A DNA stretch of 64,000 bases, taken from NCBI GenBank assembly GCA_013239625.1, contig MU054212.1, forward strand, positions 5,118,270 through 5,182,269, in the 5' to 3' direction. The translations under genes and the position numbers were made by a program. Positions within the stretch are counted from its first letter, which is position 1; each line of letters starts with the position of its first letter. Below the pieces are notes generated by a model. That model was not told the DNA's origin. It was given only the letters and a program-made list of their open reading frames with translations, and made no database searches. Below are positions 24,431-36,995 of this stretch, piece after piece. The DNA comes from Lama guanicoe. Its lineage: Eukaryota.

Positions 24431-27400
24431 ATTATCAGAGAACTGGAGCTATCAGACCAAAACTAATATTTAGAACAATATATGAAACACCTATACAATC
24501 TGTTTATGTGTATCTATATCATATTTTTAAAATACCGCTAGAAAACCCCTTAGCAAAATCCTGTCAACACGTAACGGTGTGAATAATGCATATCTGGAAA
24601 TAGATGTTTTATTAATACTGTGGTTTTCCTTAACTGAAAACCACATGCACTGATGTTTTCTTTTTAACCTCTTTCATTTAAATAAGATACAGATTATGTT
24701 TTCTATATCTTTGTTTAGAGGCTATGGTTATTATTACCCTTAATTACTTCCCTATGTGGCTTTAAATTGAAATTGCCTCTGTAATTACTTTCCCCTGAAA
24801 TTTCTGTGGTAAAGTTCAGCAACTAAATGTGAATGGCTTCTAAATGAAGACATTTGATCAGTGCTGTAAGTTGGTTTATTTATATCTAATCATGAAGCAG
24901 GTAAAAAAAAAAGTTTTTTAGTTTGGAAAGTTTAACCATTTCAAATAGTCATCTTTTTTATTCACTTTTTTATGATTCAAGAAATTAATGCTAACAAAGT
25001 CATTTGATTCAATGTGGTATGCTGTTACCATGGCAATTCTGTTGGTTTTTAATAATTGATATAAAGTTTTAAATGAAGTGTTTAATTGTGTTTGCAGATA
25101 GTTTCCTGAGCCATTAATACCTAACTCTCAAAATCCTCTTTCCTTATCATTGACACTAGGTAATCAACTTGTGCATTTTCTTTGAAATAAGGCACAGGGA
25201 GCATGGAGCCAGCAAGGTCATCACAGCTCAAAACGAACGTGGGAACGTTTCATGTCACCGCAAGTCACAAAGGGCAAGCAGAAACTTTGCACATAGCCTT
25301 ACTGTGGCAATATATCCAATAATTATTTTCCTTAGAAACTGTTTCAGTTCAAAAGACTACACTGATGTCTGCGTACAAACCTAACTGTTCTTCCCACTCA
25401 TAGAAGTAGGCTGCTCTTGATATTTCCATTGTCATTTTCAGGTCATAGACATGAAAGTAGGATTTAAGTAACTTCAGTGCCATTTGTCAGATATGTCCCA
25501 GAGGAATATTTTTCTTAAAAAAAGTGAATACTTAATTTACAAGTTCACTGTATGCATTTTATTTATTGGAGAAAATTATTTGACATTTGCTGAATGAGAT
25601 GAGCTTTATAAAACATATATTTTACTTTAACTATTATTGCATAAGTTACAGTTTTATTAAAAATCTGCCTATAATTTTAGCAGAATGACAGAGATATATA
25701 TTTGAAAATGACTGTTTTTGTATTTAGAATACTAATATTTTTAGTAAAAGAGTCTATTACCCACCAAAATAAAAATATTAATGAAAGTATGAGGAAGTAG
25801 TGCATTATCAGTGATTCTAGAAACACTGTCTCATTTTTCAACTTCATTACTTGAAAGGAAACAGAATTAAAAGAATATATTTCAATAGGAAGAATCTGGT
25901 GATGACATAGAGGCAGTGGTAAAACTAAGAATGTTTCTTCTTGAATTGTCAGTATAAAAAAATTTAAAACCTTTAAAACTTTATGTGTTAATATAGAAAC
26001 TAACAATGTTGTTTCTAAAATGCAACAAATGCAAAACTATTACAGAAAATGATTATCTCTAATTTTATGAAAGCTGTATCCTGGAAAATGGGCCCAATTT
26101 ATAAGCTATGTTACTGTCTAAGGACAAGCTCCAGGCCATGAATGTTTCATTTATCTGACTCTGGGACCATTGAGGCAATATGAATTTTCATTTGTCCTGA
26201 ATGTATATTCAGAGTACTAGAAGTGTTAGTGTTCCAAAGTGTAAATATTATTAAGTCACCTGATGCCATGTAAATATTTTCCAGAAATAAATTTAGTGCA
26301 GCCATGTATGGAGACCCTTCAAACATAATTTACGAATAATAGTAAGTTCTTATATCAGCTATTAGGAAAAGGGTGACTTTTTATACAACATAGCATCAGG
26401 ACATCAGACATACTGTTAATAATACTGTGGTGGTCACAGCGGTGGACTCTTTTGGCATGCGATGATTAACGTCTGCCCAAGTCCTAGATTAGACTTTTTC
26501 TCATCTGAACCAACGCACTGTCTAATCTGGACTGAAATGGTGTTTCTCTATGAGTACTGACTTGCATTCCTAAAATAATGAAACAAATTGTAGTTAGCAG
26601 AGTGGAAAGAATAATGAGCTAATCTTTTATTTGTTAAAATATACTATTCAACTTTATGAAACTATTATACTATACCATGAAACTACAAATAAAACAAAGC
26701 TGTGGGCATATCAGAAGATTAGATGATTTATCAATTCAGGAAGTTATCTTAGTTTCAATGTTTAATTTTGAAAGATACAATTTGTACAGACTTACCTAAT
26801 TTATTTAGAAGGATTAGACCTACCAAACATGCATGACTACATTGCTAAATTAAGATGAATAATATTATTTTGGTTAAAATAATCCTTATATAGACAAATA
26901 TCTCTTTGCAATTTGTAAGTTGTCTGAAACTAGAAGTCACAGTGAAACTCAAATATTTATAATATTTATGAAATAACTTATAATTAAAACAAATATGAAT
27001 ATAAATAACTATAATCCATAAACAGAAATTTACAGTAGGCATATATTTTTATCATGGATTGTGGAGAAGATCATAGCTTTTGATTCTAGTCCACTTGTAA
27101 TATAGATTTTTGTTTAATTCATTTAAAATTGTCCTATTAGCATTCTACACATTGGATAATATTTTGTAACAATTCTTGATTTTCCCCTTCTTATGAATGC
27201 TAAGCCACCATAATATTCAATGAAAACATCTTTTCCTTTGTGGAATACTTCAACATTCGCATGGTTAGCTACAGCTGAACTGCTTTGAGGATCTGGGAAA
27301 CTGTGATGGGTGACCCACCAATCAGAACACAAATTGTAGCTACTGAAGTAACACATTATTACTGTTCTTCTTTGAAACGTATGTCTACTAATTCAAACCG

Positions 27401-28939
27401 TTTTAACAATACTTACTGAGCAAAGGTGATTTTCAAGGAATTGAGATTCTAATGATTCATATCAAATGATCATTGACCATCTTTTCATATGGTTCTTAAT
27501 TGTTGCAATTTTTGCCTCTGATAGGACTAGACACAGAATATTCAGCCTTAACAGCAAATTAAGAGTAGAGTCAGGCTCGGTATAAAACAGATAATCTCAT
27601 CTTCCAGCCAGAAGAAACAACGTGGGACCAACTGACTTCTTAAGATTACATCAACAGTCCGGAGGTGAATATCATTTTGCGTACATTTTCCTTAAGATAA
27701 GCCAGTACGAAATAAAATAACTTGAATAAATAAATAAAATTGAATAATGAATCTTAATTCTTAAGCAACATCATTTTTTTTCCTCACTAGTTAAATGCTT
27801 ATTGAAATACTAAAAGGAAAATAATAAGCAATATTGCCATCCAATGGTGAAATGGTAACATTTAAAGTGGGAATACAGGACAATATTTCACAATTAGTAA
27901 AAATATCTTTCTTGACTGCCTGCTTTTTCTGGGAAATATAAAGGAAACGTTTGGATGTTATTAACACTGTGAGTACTAATCTAAAACAAGAAAAACTTGT
28001 TAAGGTTGGTTTTTTATCTCTTTCAAGCACAAACCAAAAGGAGCTTTAATTCATATTATTTGATTGTTAAAGAGGTGGAAGAATGGAGCATGCAAAACTT
28101 ATTAATATCATTATTTTAATTATTTTGTATTATGCTTAGCAAATATTTTCCTTTTACAGTCAATTAAGGATCCACCTGAATCTTGTCCCCTCCTAAAAGA
28201 CTTCAGAACTAATTTTTCTCTCTTCCAGCCCTCAGACACTTTGTGCCTACATTGTCCTTTATATATAGGTTTTTGATTTACCATAAAATCATTGACTTAT
28301 TTATTGGCACAGTTCTTCATTTGGGAAAAGAAGGATTATATTTTATTCATTTGTAACATCTATAATGCTTAATGACTAACATGCTGACAATAACTAATAG
28401 TTGAATATGGTAGAATTGTCCTAAACTCTGAATGGCTATATACAGATGTATGAAATTGCATGTTCATACTGAAATGACCGTCTCACTAGTGAGGTGGGTT
28501 TTATCTCATTTGTGAAATTCAGGGAGTCAGCTCAAAATTCCTAATATGTGGACATCTTTGTTTTGTCCAGTGGCAAGAGGAGATTACAATAGCTAAACAT
28601 TTGATTGTTATAGTTTATAAATAATGAAATGTTTGTAAAACACCTATTGTTGCACCTATTAAATGGAATGTACTCAGTAAATAGCAGTTGGTAAAGTTGT
28701 ACTGCTGCTGGTAATGGTAAGGATTATTCAGGCTGCTACAGCTGAGCTTTATTAACCTGATACCCCAGACGTATAAATTTAGAAAGAAGAAATATGTATT
28801 TTTATATCCCAGGATTTAATTTACTGCAGTAGTCAGTTTATATATGTATTATTAACATATATTATTTGTTCCGCTATTCTAGAAATATTTAAAGAACATC
28901 TGTTTTCTTTCTTCTCACTCTGTTACCAGGAAAACCAAA

Positions 28940-29333
28940 TAGATGTAGTCTCTGTCCAAATGAAAATGGTCTAGTGAGTAAATGGATATCATGCATGTAA
29001 TAATGATTACAAAAAGTGCTGTGAACATGGTAATGGGATTGCAAAAACAAGAAGGTCTGTCCTGGAGGGAGAAACTCAGGAAATGACATCCTGAATGAGC
29101 TAAGGCCCAAGGATGAATAGGAATTAACTAGGTGACAAAGTTACGGGAGTGAAAGGAGAGTTTCAGGGAGAAGATACAACTGAAAAGGCAGCTGGAAGGA
29201 GAGGGCATCTTGATGGACTGAAAGATTCACTTGGTGTAAGAGAGAGAGAATTCAAAGGGAAATTGAAAACCTAAGCTGGGGTTTTTTAACTATGTCAAGG
29301 ACTTTAGATTTACCTTAATGGATGGAGGTCCCA
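28940..29333 (-). mobile_element. L2 fragment
   Basis: tgagctaaggcccaaggatgaataggaattaactagg and ctatgtcaaggactttagatttacctt resemble antisense L2. Confidence 0.7.
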
Positions 29334-29334
29334 C

Positions 29335-29640
29335 ATAGCACAATAGAACAAGAAAAAAAAGGAAACATACTGACTTGAGTAGAAGTAATTTTTTATTCAC
29401 AGGTGATGAATGTCTATGTAGATAATCACAAAGAATATACAAAAAAGCTCCTAGAATTAATACATCAATTAAACTGGGTAGCAGGATTCAAGGTCAATTT
29501 ACAAAAAGACAACAATATTCCTGTATTAAAAATTTATATGAAAAAGCTGTGGAACCAAAGAACCAAAACACTTCTAAATAAAACAACGGTGATGCATTCA
29601 CGTTACCTAATTGCAAGGCTTCCTACAAAGCTCCAGTGAC
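29335..29640 (+). mobile_element. Old L1 ORF2 RT-domain fragment with internal deletion
   Basis: ORF 29403-29639 MNVYVDNHKEYTKKLLELIHQLNWVAGFKVNLQK aligns to L1 FADDMIVYLENPKDSTKKLLELINEFSKVAGYKINIQK, then jumps to the ILKFIW...TLPDFKLYYKA region. Confidence 0.85.
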
Positions 29641-29775
29641 TCTCTTTAACCTAGATTCCAAGTTATGCTTGAGAGGTAACCCATGCATCGCCTGTCGATG
29701 AGGTTCATTCAGGTTGCTTGCTGTACTTTAGTCATATGCCAGCAAATAGGCCTTATTGTATAAATCAGTCTGCCC

Positions 29776-30105
29776 TGTCTTAAGTGTGATTCCCCTGGAG
29801 CCACACATAGTCAAGGTCTTGTGTCAAAGTTATTTATTAATGAAGCACTATCATGGGAGACTGTTAATCGAAGACAGGGCTCAAAGAACTTTGTTGTGGA
29901 GCACTGTAATGGGAGATTGTTAGTAGACTGAGAAAAGAAGTTACAAAGAGCTAGCTCAGGCAAAGTCCTGAGGACAATAGCTTCAGGCTGTCCATGCGCT
30001 TAGGCCCCAGAATTGTCCCTACGGAGAGGACTGAGCTGGACTTTCATACCCTCATTCCCAGTCAGGTAGTCTGCTGCAATGAGAATTTGGCTGGACATCT
30101 AACAC
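29776..30105 (-). mobile_element. Old ERVL-class LTR fragment (LTR16-like)
   Basis: tgtcttaag...ttcccctggagc...caaggtcttg...aagttatttatt and gagctggactttcataccc motifs. Confidence 0.45.
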
Positions 30106-30769
30106 AGGCTCTTGCACTTTATTTTGTGATTAATTTGAAGTTTTGAGAATGTCAGTTGGCTTCAAACACCTATAATCGTAAGTGGAACTGTTAGAAATCA
30201 AAAGAGCAGAAAGTAGAGCCCAGAGTTCGAAAGACGCAGTCCTTTGTCTTTATTTTAACCCTGAATATACCTTTGCCTAAAGCCAGATTCTGCCCCAATG
30301 ATGCAGCTACTTAAAGTTAGGGGAACCAATATATATATTTTCTCATCTTGTGTTTTTTTTTTTTTTTTGCTCAAGGCAAAGAAAATTTGAATTGAATTTT
30401 TTGGTCATTTCACAAAGTAGTGAAAACTGATTCAGGACCAAAAGAATTCTTCTAAAGAGACGTGATCCCAAAGAAGCATTTTGAAGGATATACGGAAGTT
30501 AACTGAATAGTTTGCTGTGACTTCTACTGGTTCCTGAGATTGTGTTAAGGCATTGTGGAGAAGGAAGGAATGTTAACAATATCAGCCTTACCATGAAGGA
30601 GTTCATGTATTTGTTTATTTTATTTCGATAAGATGGAAACAGAGAAATTCACTGAGACGATCTTGTATATATCCACTTAATTATCTACTAGAATTACTAG
30701 TTATTACTATTTTGTCAATATAATTTACCAGATAGAGTTGAAATACTCTTTTTTCCATCTTTGCAGTTG

Positions 30770-31390
30770 GATACTCAACCCTCCCTCCTCAGAGACAATC
30801 ACTATCATAAATTTATTACATATCTTTCCCATTCACAGTTTCATAATTGCTACAAACCTACAAAATTTGTGTGTGTGTATATATAAAAACAGTAAATATA
30901 TACATATAAATATAATAAAGCAATATTGTTTTGTGCTTTTTTCAATTAACATTATATATATAATATTTAATGTTAAAGGTTATAACATTTAACCATGACT
31001 ACCTTTTCAATGTATTTATATTTGAACAAATACATTTTTAAAATTTCATTTTCAAACTTTTAAAATTAAAAAAAAAATTTTACTAAATATATCACTGTGA
31101 TCAGTGAAAAGCTGAATACATAAAAATTCACTCTAAGAGTTTTTCTTCTCATAGGAGAAGTAAGTTTTACTTAAAAAATTATAGTTGCTGATATATTAGG
31201 GTTTATTCTTGTCATTTTATTTTGAAATTTAATCTACTACATTTTTCTTTTGTTCTTTTTTCCTGTCCTCATTTTGACTGATTAATTTTCTCTATTTTCT
31301 CACTTTCCTCTACCCAGTAACTTTCTATTTCTATTTGTAGTAAATTATACCTAAGTGTTAACATGTATATCTCTTTCCTCCTCACTGGAA
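30770..31390 (-). mobile_element. Old L1M fragments
   Basis: ctcctcagagacaatcactatcataaattt (L1M 3' region) and T-rich antisense ORF2-like text (tagttgctgatatattagggttt). Confidence 0.45.
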
Positions 31391-32874
31391 TACAAGCAAT
31401 ATAGAACATAAGCCATAGTATGCATCTCAGAAGATTTCTAATTCTCAACAGGCCAGGGACATTTTAAATATTCCTACCCACTAAAGCATGCTTACTTTTG
31501 GATGGAGCTGCACAGGAAAGTCTTTTCTCTTCTTTACATTGACTTTTACAGGAGGAACTGGGCACCTAAATAGGAAAACTAATAGAAAAACAGTTGCTAA
31601 TGTATATGTGTATGTATGTGTGTGTGTGTGTATCTGGAGTAGACTACCACATGCATACAGAGTCGCGGGTCAAAAGAAACATTTTAAATATGATTAAATT
31701 TCTAAAAGACTTTTTCTGTCTGAAATAGTGGACACATCAGGAGTACTCTGCAATCTGCTCAGATCACTGTCCTAGCTACCAACCGCCCACTGAAGCTCCA
31801 CAGAGGGAAAAAATTCTCATCTTTCTATGCTTTCTTCTAACCTAAACAGACAGGATGAGAGCCATAGAAGTTTGGAGAGTCTGTGTGGGAACCACCTGGT
31901 GAAGGGAAAATATCACAGACTTTGGAAATAAATCTGGTTCCGAGGAGGATCATTCCTCCCCCACTCTCTCTGCCTCTGGGGAAAAAGGTAAGTTCCCACC
32001 TGTTTGATCCACAGTCACAAATTCACCTGTAAATGTTGTATTGTAAAATACAAACGTGAAGTAGGAAGTAGTTCTTTACCATGGAAACAGCTTTGTGGGT
32101 CTCTAACAGTGCTTGTAGGCATCTTCAAATTTGTTTTGCCAATGTTTGCACTTGGGAGAACAGTCACACACTCAAGTGTTAAGCAGATCCCTGTATAATA
32201 GTCATCTTGAATCTACGTGGCGTCAGCTACAGTGTACTTTTATTGGAGAAGACTCAGCTTTTCATCGCAGACCCTCCTGCAACCCCGTGTTTACTGCACA
32301 GTGGAAAACCTGTCCCTCAGAAATACGTGATTTTCATGGCTTTCCAAAGAGTAAAGGGAGGAAAGAGCTGGCAGGATGTGAAAGTGCACTCTGAGCTCAG
32401 ATTTGCTTTGTATATACATTTGTTTATTTGTTTGTTAGGTATTTGACCATATCCAGAGAAGGCAATATGGGTTCTACTTTGTCCAGGAGAGACAGTCCAT
32501 AATTCTAGTGGAAAACCGTCGAAATATTCCAGCTTTGTCTGGAGTGTTGATACAACAGGTCCAGACATGAATGAGGCCGGAAAGAAAAGACTGAAGGGAT
32601 CTTAACTGGGTGAATTAAGACTTGTCTTTCAGTGAGCATTCCTGGGGTGACTGGGCAGCTAAGAGAATTAGGAGTACAGATTGTCATGGAAGTTGGTGAA
32701 AAGGATCATGGTATTCACTGCTTTCTCCTAGATGCTATGTCAAAGCACGAAGGAATGGTGAGCACTCAGTTCTCCAATGAAAGGACAAAACGGTTCCATT
32801 TGAATCATACCGTTGTTAAACTTTCATTCCAAGTCTTTGTAAGGCTTTCTTTTGCAAATATAATTTGTATGAGA

Positions 32875-33445
32875 ATTCATTCACTTGATGAATATTAATT
32901 GAGTGCTAGACATTGTTGTAAATGCTTGGGAGACATCAGGTAAAAAGAATTAAAAGACCAAAAGCCCTACCTTCCTAGAACTTTCACTCTAGTTGGAGAA
33001 GTCAGACAGTAAACAATTCATATAACAAAAAGATAAAACATAATAAGTAAGAAAAGCACACTATATATTGTAAGTTGAGCACATGTTGAGAAGTATAGAG
33101 TTTGGTCAAGTTAAGGGGATGGGTTGCGTTTTGAAGGGTGGTTGGAGTAGGTCAGTGATTAGAGCAAAAGCTGAAGGAGACAGGAATGAGCCAGGGGAAC
33201 AGCTCTATAAAGGGCATTTCTGGGAGAGGGGACATAGAGAAGAATGAAGACCCTATAGCACAGCCTGCTGAGTGTTTTCAGTAAACAAGAGGGCCAAGTG
33301 TGCCTGGGCTCAAGTGAAGGGACAAACGCTAGAAGATGAAGTCTTAAAGGTGACAGGGGCCAAATTACATAGTGCTCTGTGGGACTTTGTATGTACTTTG
33401 GCCTTTGCTCTGAGTAAAATGGGGATTGTTGGAAGATTTTAAATA
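32875..33445 (-). mobile_element. L2a 3' region
   Basis: attcattcac..gaatattaattgagtgct, ccctaccttcctagaactttcactctagttgg, gagggccaagtgtgcctgg, gtactttggcctttgctctgagtaaaatgggg..ttggaagatttt. Explains ORF 33159-33497. Confidence 0.9.
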
Positions 33446-36400
33446 TGTCTTTTAAATGTGTAAAACTTCTTGTGTAAAGTTGCCGGGACACCCCCATTCC
33501 ATTAATGTTTCAATAAGGTACTTAAAATTCAGTTTGCCTTTTCAAGGATAGAATACACACTGAGAGACTTAAACTATTGCTATTCAATGTTAGTTCCTTC
33601 TTCTGAATAATTAATGTTTCTCAGAGTTCATGTCATCTGAATGTTTGATTCTTTATTCCACTCTTTTTTTTTTTTTATACTCTTCTCAACTTCTATCTAA
33701 GAAAAACTGACATTTGAGGAGGGACTCTCTATTCTTGAATGCAGGATTCTCATTGACACTAAACTTGTCTTTTTGTTGACTGAAACTGATATCTTTATTT
33801 TAAACAGAATATAATATTTAAATATGTTTTACATGGATGAAAATTTCTATCTTCTATCAGTGTACCATTTAGAGTCTCACTGACATTAAGGTACTTGGAA
33901 ATATCATTGGGAATCTTATCTATGACGTAGAAGGATCACTGACCCTGAGATGCTGCTGCTTCCGTCCCTGCCTTATTCCTAACTACTTTCTTTACCTCAT
34001 TGTACCAAGAAAACCAAACCAAAACAAAACAAACAAACAAAACCCCTGGAAATATGTAAAAAGCTACTGGCTATTTTTCTTCCCCTCATTCCTTACATTT
34101 TATTGATCTTCATGGTGGTTCAATGAAAATTATCAATTCAGGGATGGTAGCCCCCCCTCCAACTACTGAATTCAGACACAAACACTGATGTAACTGTCAT
34201 CCCAATATTCCTTGGTCACATTCATGATGTCAAAGCATGTTGATGATTTTCAAATTTTATCCAAATAATTTTCTTCCATCATCCGAGGAATCTGGCCTAC
34301 CTTATTGCTTTAGTTCAAGCTGGTAGAAGATACTCTGAACTGGGGGATGATTAGAATTAAGGGTGTGGCACACATTCTCCCACCAGAAACTAAACCGCAT
34401 AATCAGAACTCTTGGAAAATGTTGATGTCACTGATTTGTTTCTGGTCTAATTTCGCTAAGAAGACATACATAATCTGATCAAATCTAACATAAACTGTGT
34501 AGATATGTGTCATGCTTGCTTAAATAGTATGTGTATTTATAATTAATGATAGGACAATAAACCTTGAAATAAATCATATAAATCGTATGTACAGACTTAG
34601 TGGATACATACAAATTTGCACTAAAATGTATCAAGGGATCAATTTTAAATGTACCAGCAACTGCCTAAAAAGTATGACAGATTTGAGTTTAACCTAATAA
34701 TCAAATAATATTTTAAATAGTCTGATCTCACAACATGAATCTATTTTACTTCTGTTTATAAGTAGAACACGTCAGTAACAAAAAGCTAAGTTATATAATA
34801 ATATTTTAATATGAATTTGAAGGATTCAATTTTCTCTAGTGTTCATCTAATAAACACTTTTTATACATGCCTCGTGGTTTGCCCTTTGTTAAGCAATCTG
34901 TCTTTTTGGCATTTTCATAATAAAGTAATGTAAGATGTTCTATTTTTAGAAGGCATTTTTTTCTGTTTTGATAATATGGAAAATGTCAGAAAAGTAATTA
35001 TAAAATATAAAAAAGGGTTGAGTTTCTAGTAAGATTGGGGAAAAAAATACCCAGAATTTTGGCATCAATAAATTAAAATGTTAACCCAGCATTTGAAAAA
35101 AATATATAAATAATAAATACAATCTTCGAGTATGTATTCCTGAAAAACAACAGTGATCATAACTTATCAGATTGTTGGAGAGTAAGATTGCCACTAAAGA
35201 GATTTTTTTTTTTTTGGCTTCTAAAAAAATTATTTCACAATCTGGAAGGAAAAAACACTTCACAACCTAGAGACATGCCATTTGAAATTACCTCATGGGA
35301 AGAAGAGAACCGCCAAGGTGTTCTCTAGATAGATTTTGATCTCTGCAAGGACATGAACTATAATGATCAGAGGGCATTCTAAAATGCTTCAAAAATTGTA
35401 AAACTAAGGAATAACTCAACCTAGACACCCTTTATCTTCTCAGGATTAAATGCTAGTTAGCAAGAGCTCTAGGATGTTAGAACAATAATAGTATTTGAAG
35501 TTCAAAGATGAGACATTAAACAATTGGGGATCCTTTTCAGTATGTTTGTTAATCTAACTGTCCAGCCTTCAAGCTTTAACCCGTAACCCACGCCTGTATA
35601 CAGCTGTGCTGGTCAGATCGTAATATTCTATTTTTTTTCCAGACTAATGAAACTCATCACAGTAAAAATAATAGAAAATAATTTTATTTATGGTTTGATT
35701 TTGCACATGGTCATTTGGGCCTTGTGAGTTTTAGACATGCCCGACATGTTTTACAGATGAATATATTGATGAAGACGCAATTGATAAATATTAATAACAG
35801 ATGTAGATTTGTGAACTATTATATAGTCCTACTTTGCAGTAATGTTTGGAATTACTCTTCACTTTCCTTTGCTGTGCTGTCAATACAGTGCAAATCTTCA
35901 TTACTTCATGCCTGTTTTGTGAACATCCTTGAGAGTCTTCTGTCTCTAATTCTTTTTACTGCATTTCGTTCAGATAATTTTCATAGACCAACTTTGTAAA
36001 GCGTTTTCTTAATTAGCCTTCACAAATCAAACTTACACCCTAGCTCCCCGATACTTAGGAGCCTATACTGCTATTCCACCATCTAAATTAAAGGGTTTTT
36101 TCCCCACTAATCTGTGTTAGCCCCCTCTTCAGTTAGAGGCAAATGGACTCTTCATCAATGCCTTGCAAAATCATCTTAATCATCTTCCAGAAAAGGCATG
36201 CTGCCTGCCTGCAGAGCGTGAGGCCCCAGCTTGCCCTTCTTCAGCCAACAATTACTTATTCACAAATAGCATCTGCCTCAAGCCCCACCTGTTGCGTGAA
36301 ACCCTTTGCATAAGTTACGGATGAAATTGCACCAAATGCTCATTGCTAGCACTGCCTAAAAACCTTTATAATTCACCAAGTTGTATTTTAGCTGTTAGCC

Positions 36401-36534
36401 ATTCGTATTCGTGATCTATTTATAACTTTAATGTCCCAATTGACACATTTAGTCTGAAGATCCTTATTATAACCACCTCTAGGATAAAGGTTTATATCTT
36501 TAAGACCTTATCGATAAAGGACTTAAGGGTATTG

Positions 36535-36995
36535 GCCAAAGTCCTACAAGGCCGTACAGTCCGGCACCTGCATACTTCTCAGCCTCGCCACCCACACCAT
36601 GCTCCCCCTCCCACTCTGGTCACCAGCCCAATTGATTCTTTCTCACACCATTTTGCTTCCTCATTAAAGTTCAGAGTACATGCTGGCATTTCTGCCTGGT
36701 ATGGTCTTGTACCACCTTTGCCTTGTTAATTCCTGTTCAATGCCTAGATGTCAACTTGGGGCCCTTTAAAGGGCAGCCTTTCCTGAATTCTTTGACTCTT
36801 TTAGTCTCCATCTTCTACAGTCTCATAACACCAGGCACGTGTCCTTTGTATCTATTAACAAGCTTGGGATTTTACAGATATGTGTAATTTTGTGTTTGTC
36901 TTCCTCTCCTGCTCAATTAGAAAGCATCCACATCTGACATCTCAGTGTCAAGAAAAGTGCCTGGCACAGAGTAAGCACTCAGTGGTTATTTTGAA
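36535..36995 (+). mobile_element. L2 3' region
   Basis: cctacaaggccgtacag..cctgcatacttctcagcctc, tctgcctggtatg, gcctttcctga, terminus agtgcctggcacagagtaagcactcagt. Confidence 0.8.

Noticed and set aside
27123..27356. Minus-strand terminal exon candidate (VATICVLIGGSPITVSQILKAVQL* or the 77-aa frame)
   Set aside because: Weak pyrimidine tract, no recognised protein and no linked upstream exon.
35733..35751. p53-family response element (AGACATGCCC-GACATGTTT)
   Set aside because: The two CATG cores are 5 nt apart, not the 6 nt of adjacent RRRCWWGYYY half-sites; only one perfect half-site.
36020..36085. Possible cytochrome b NUMT fragment (..gatacttaggagcctatactgcta..)
   Set aside because: About 65 nt, needs several indels and does not extend; likely chance. 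A blastn against camelid mtDNA would settle it.
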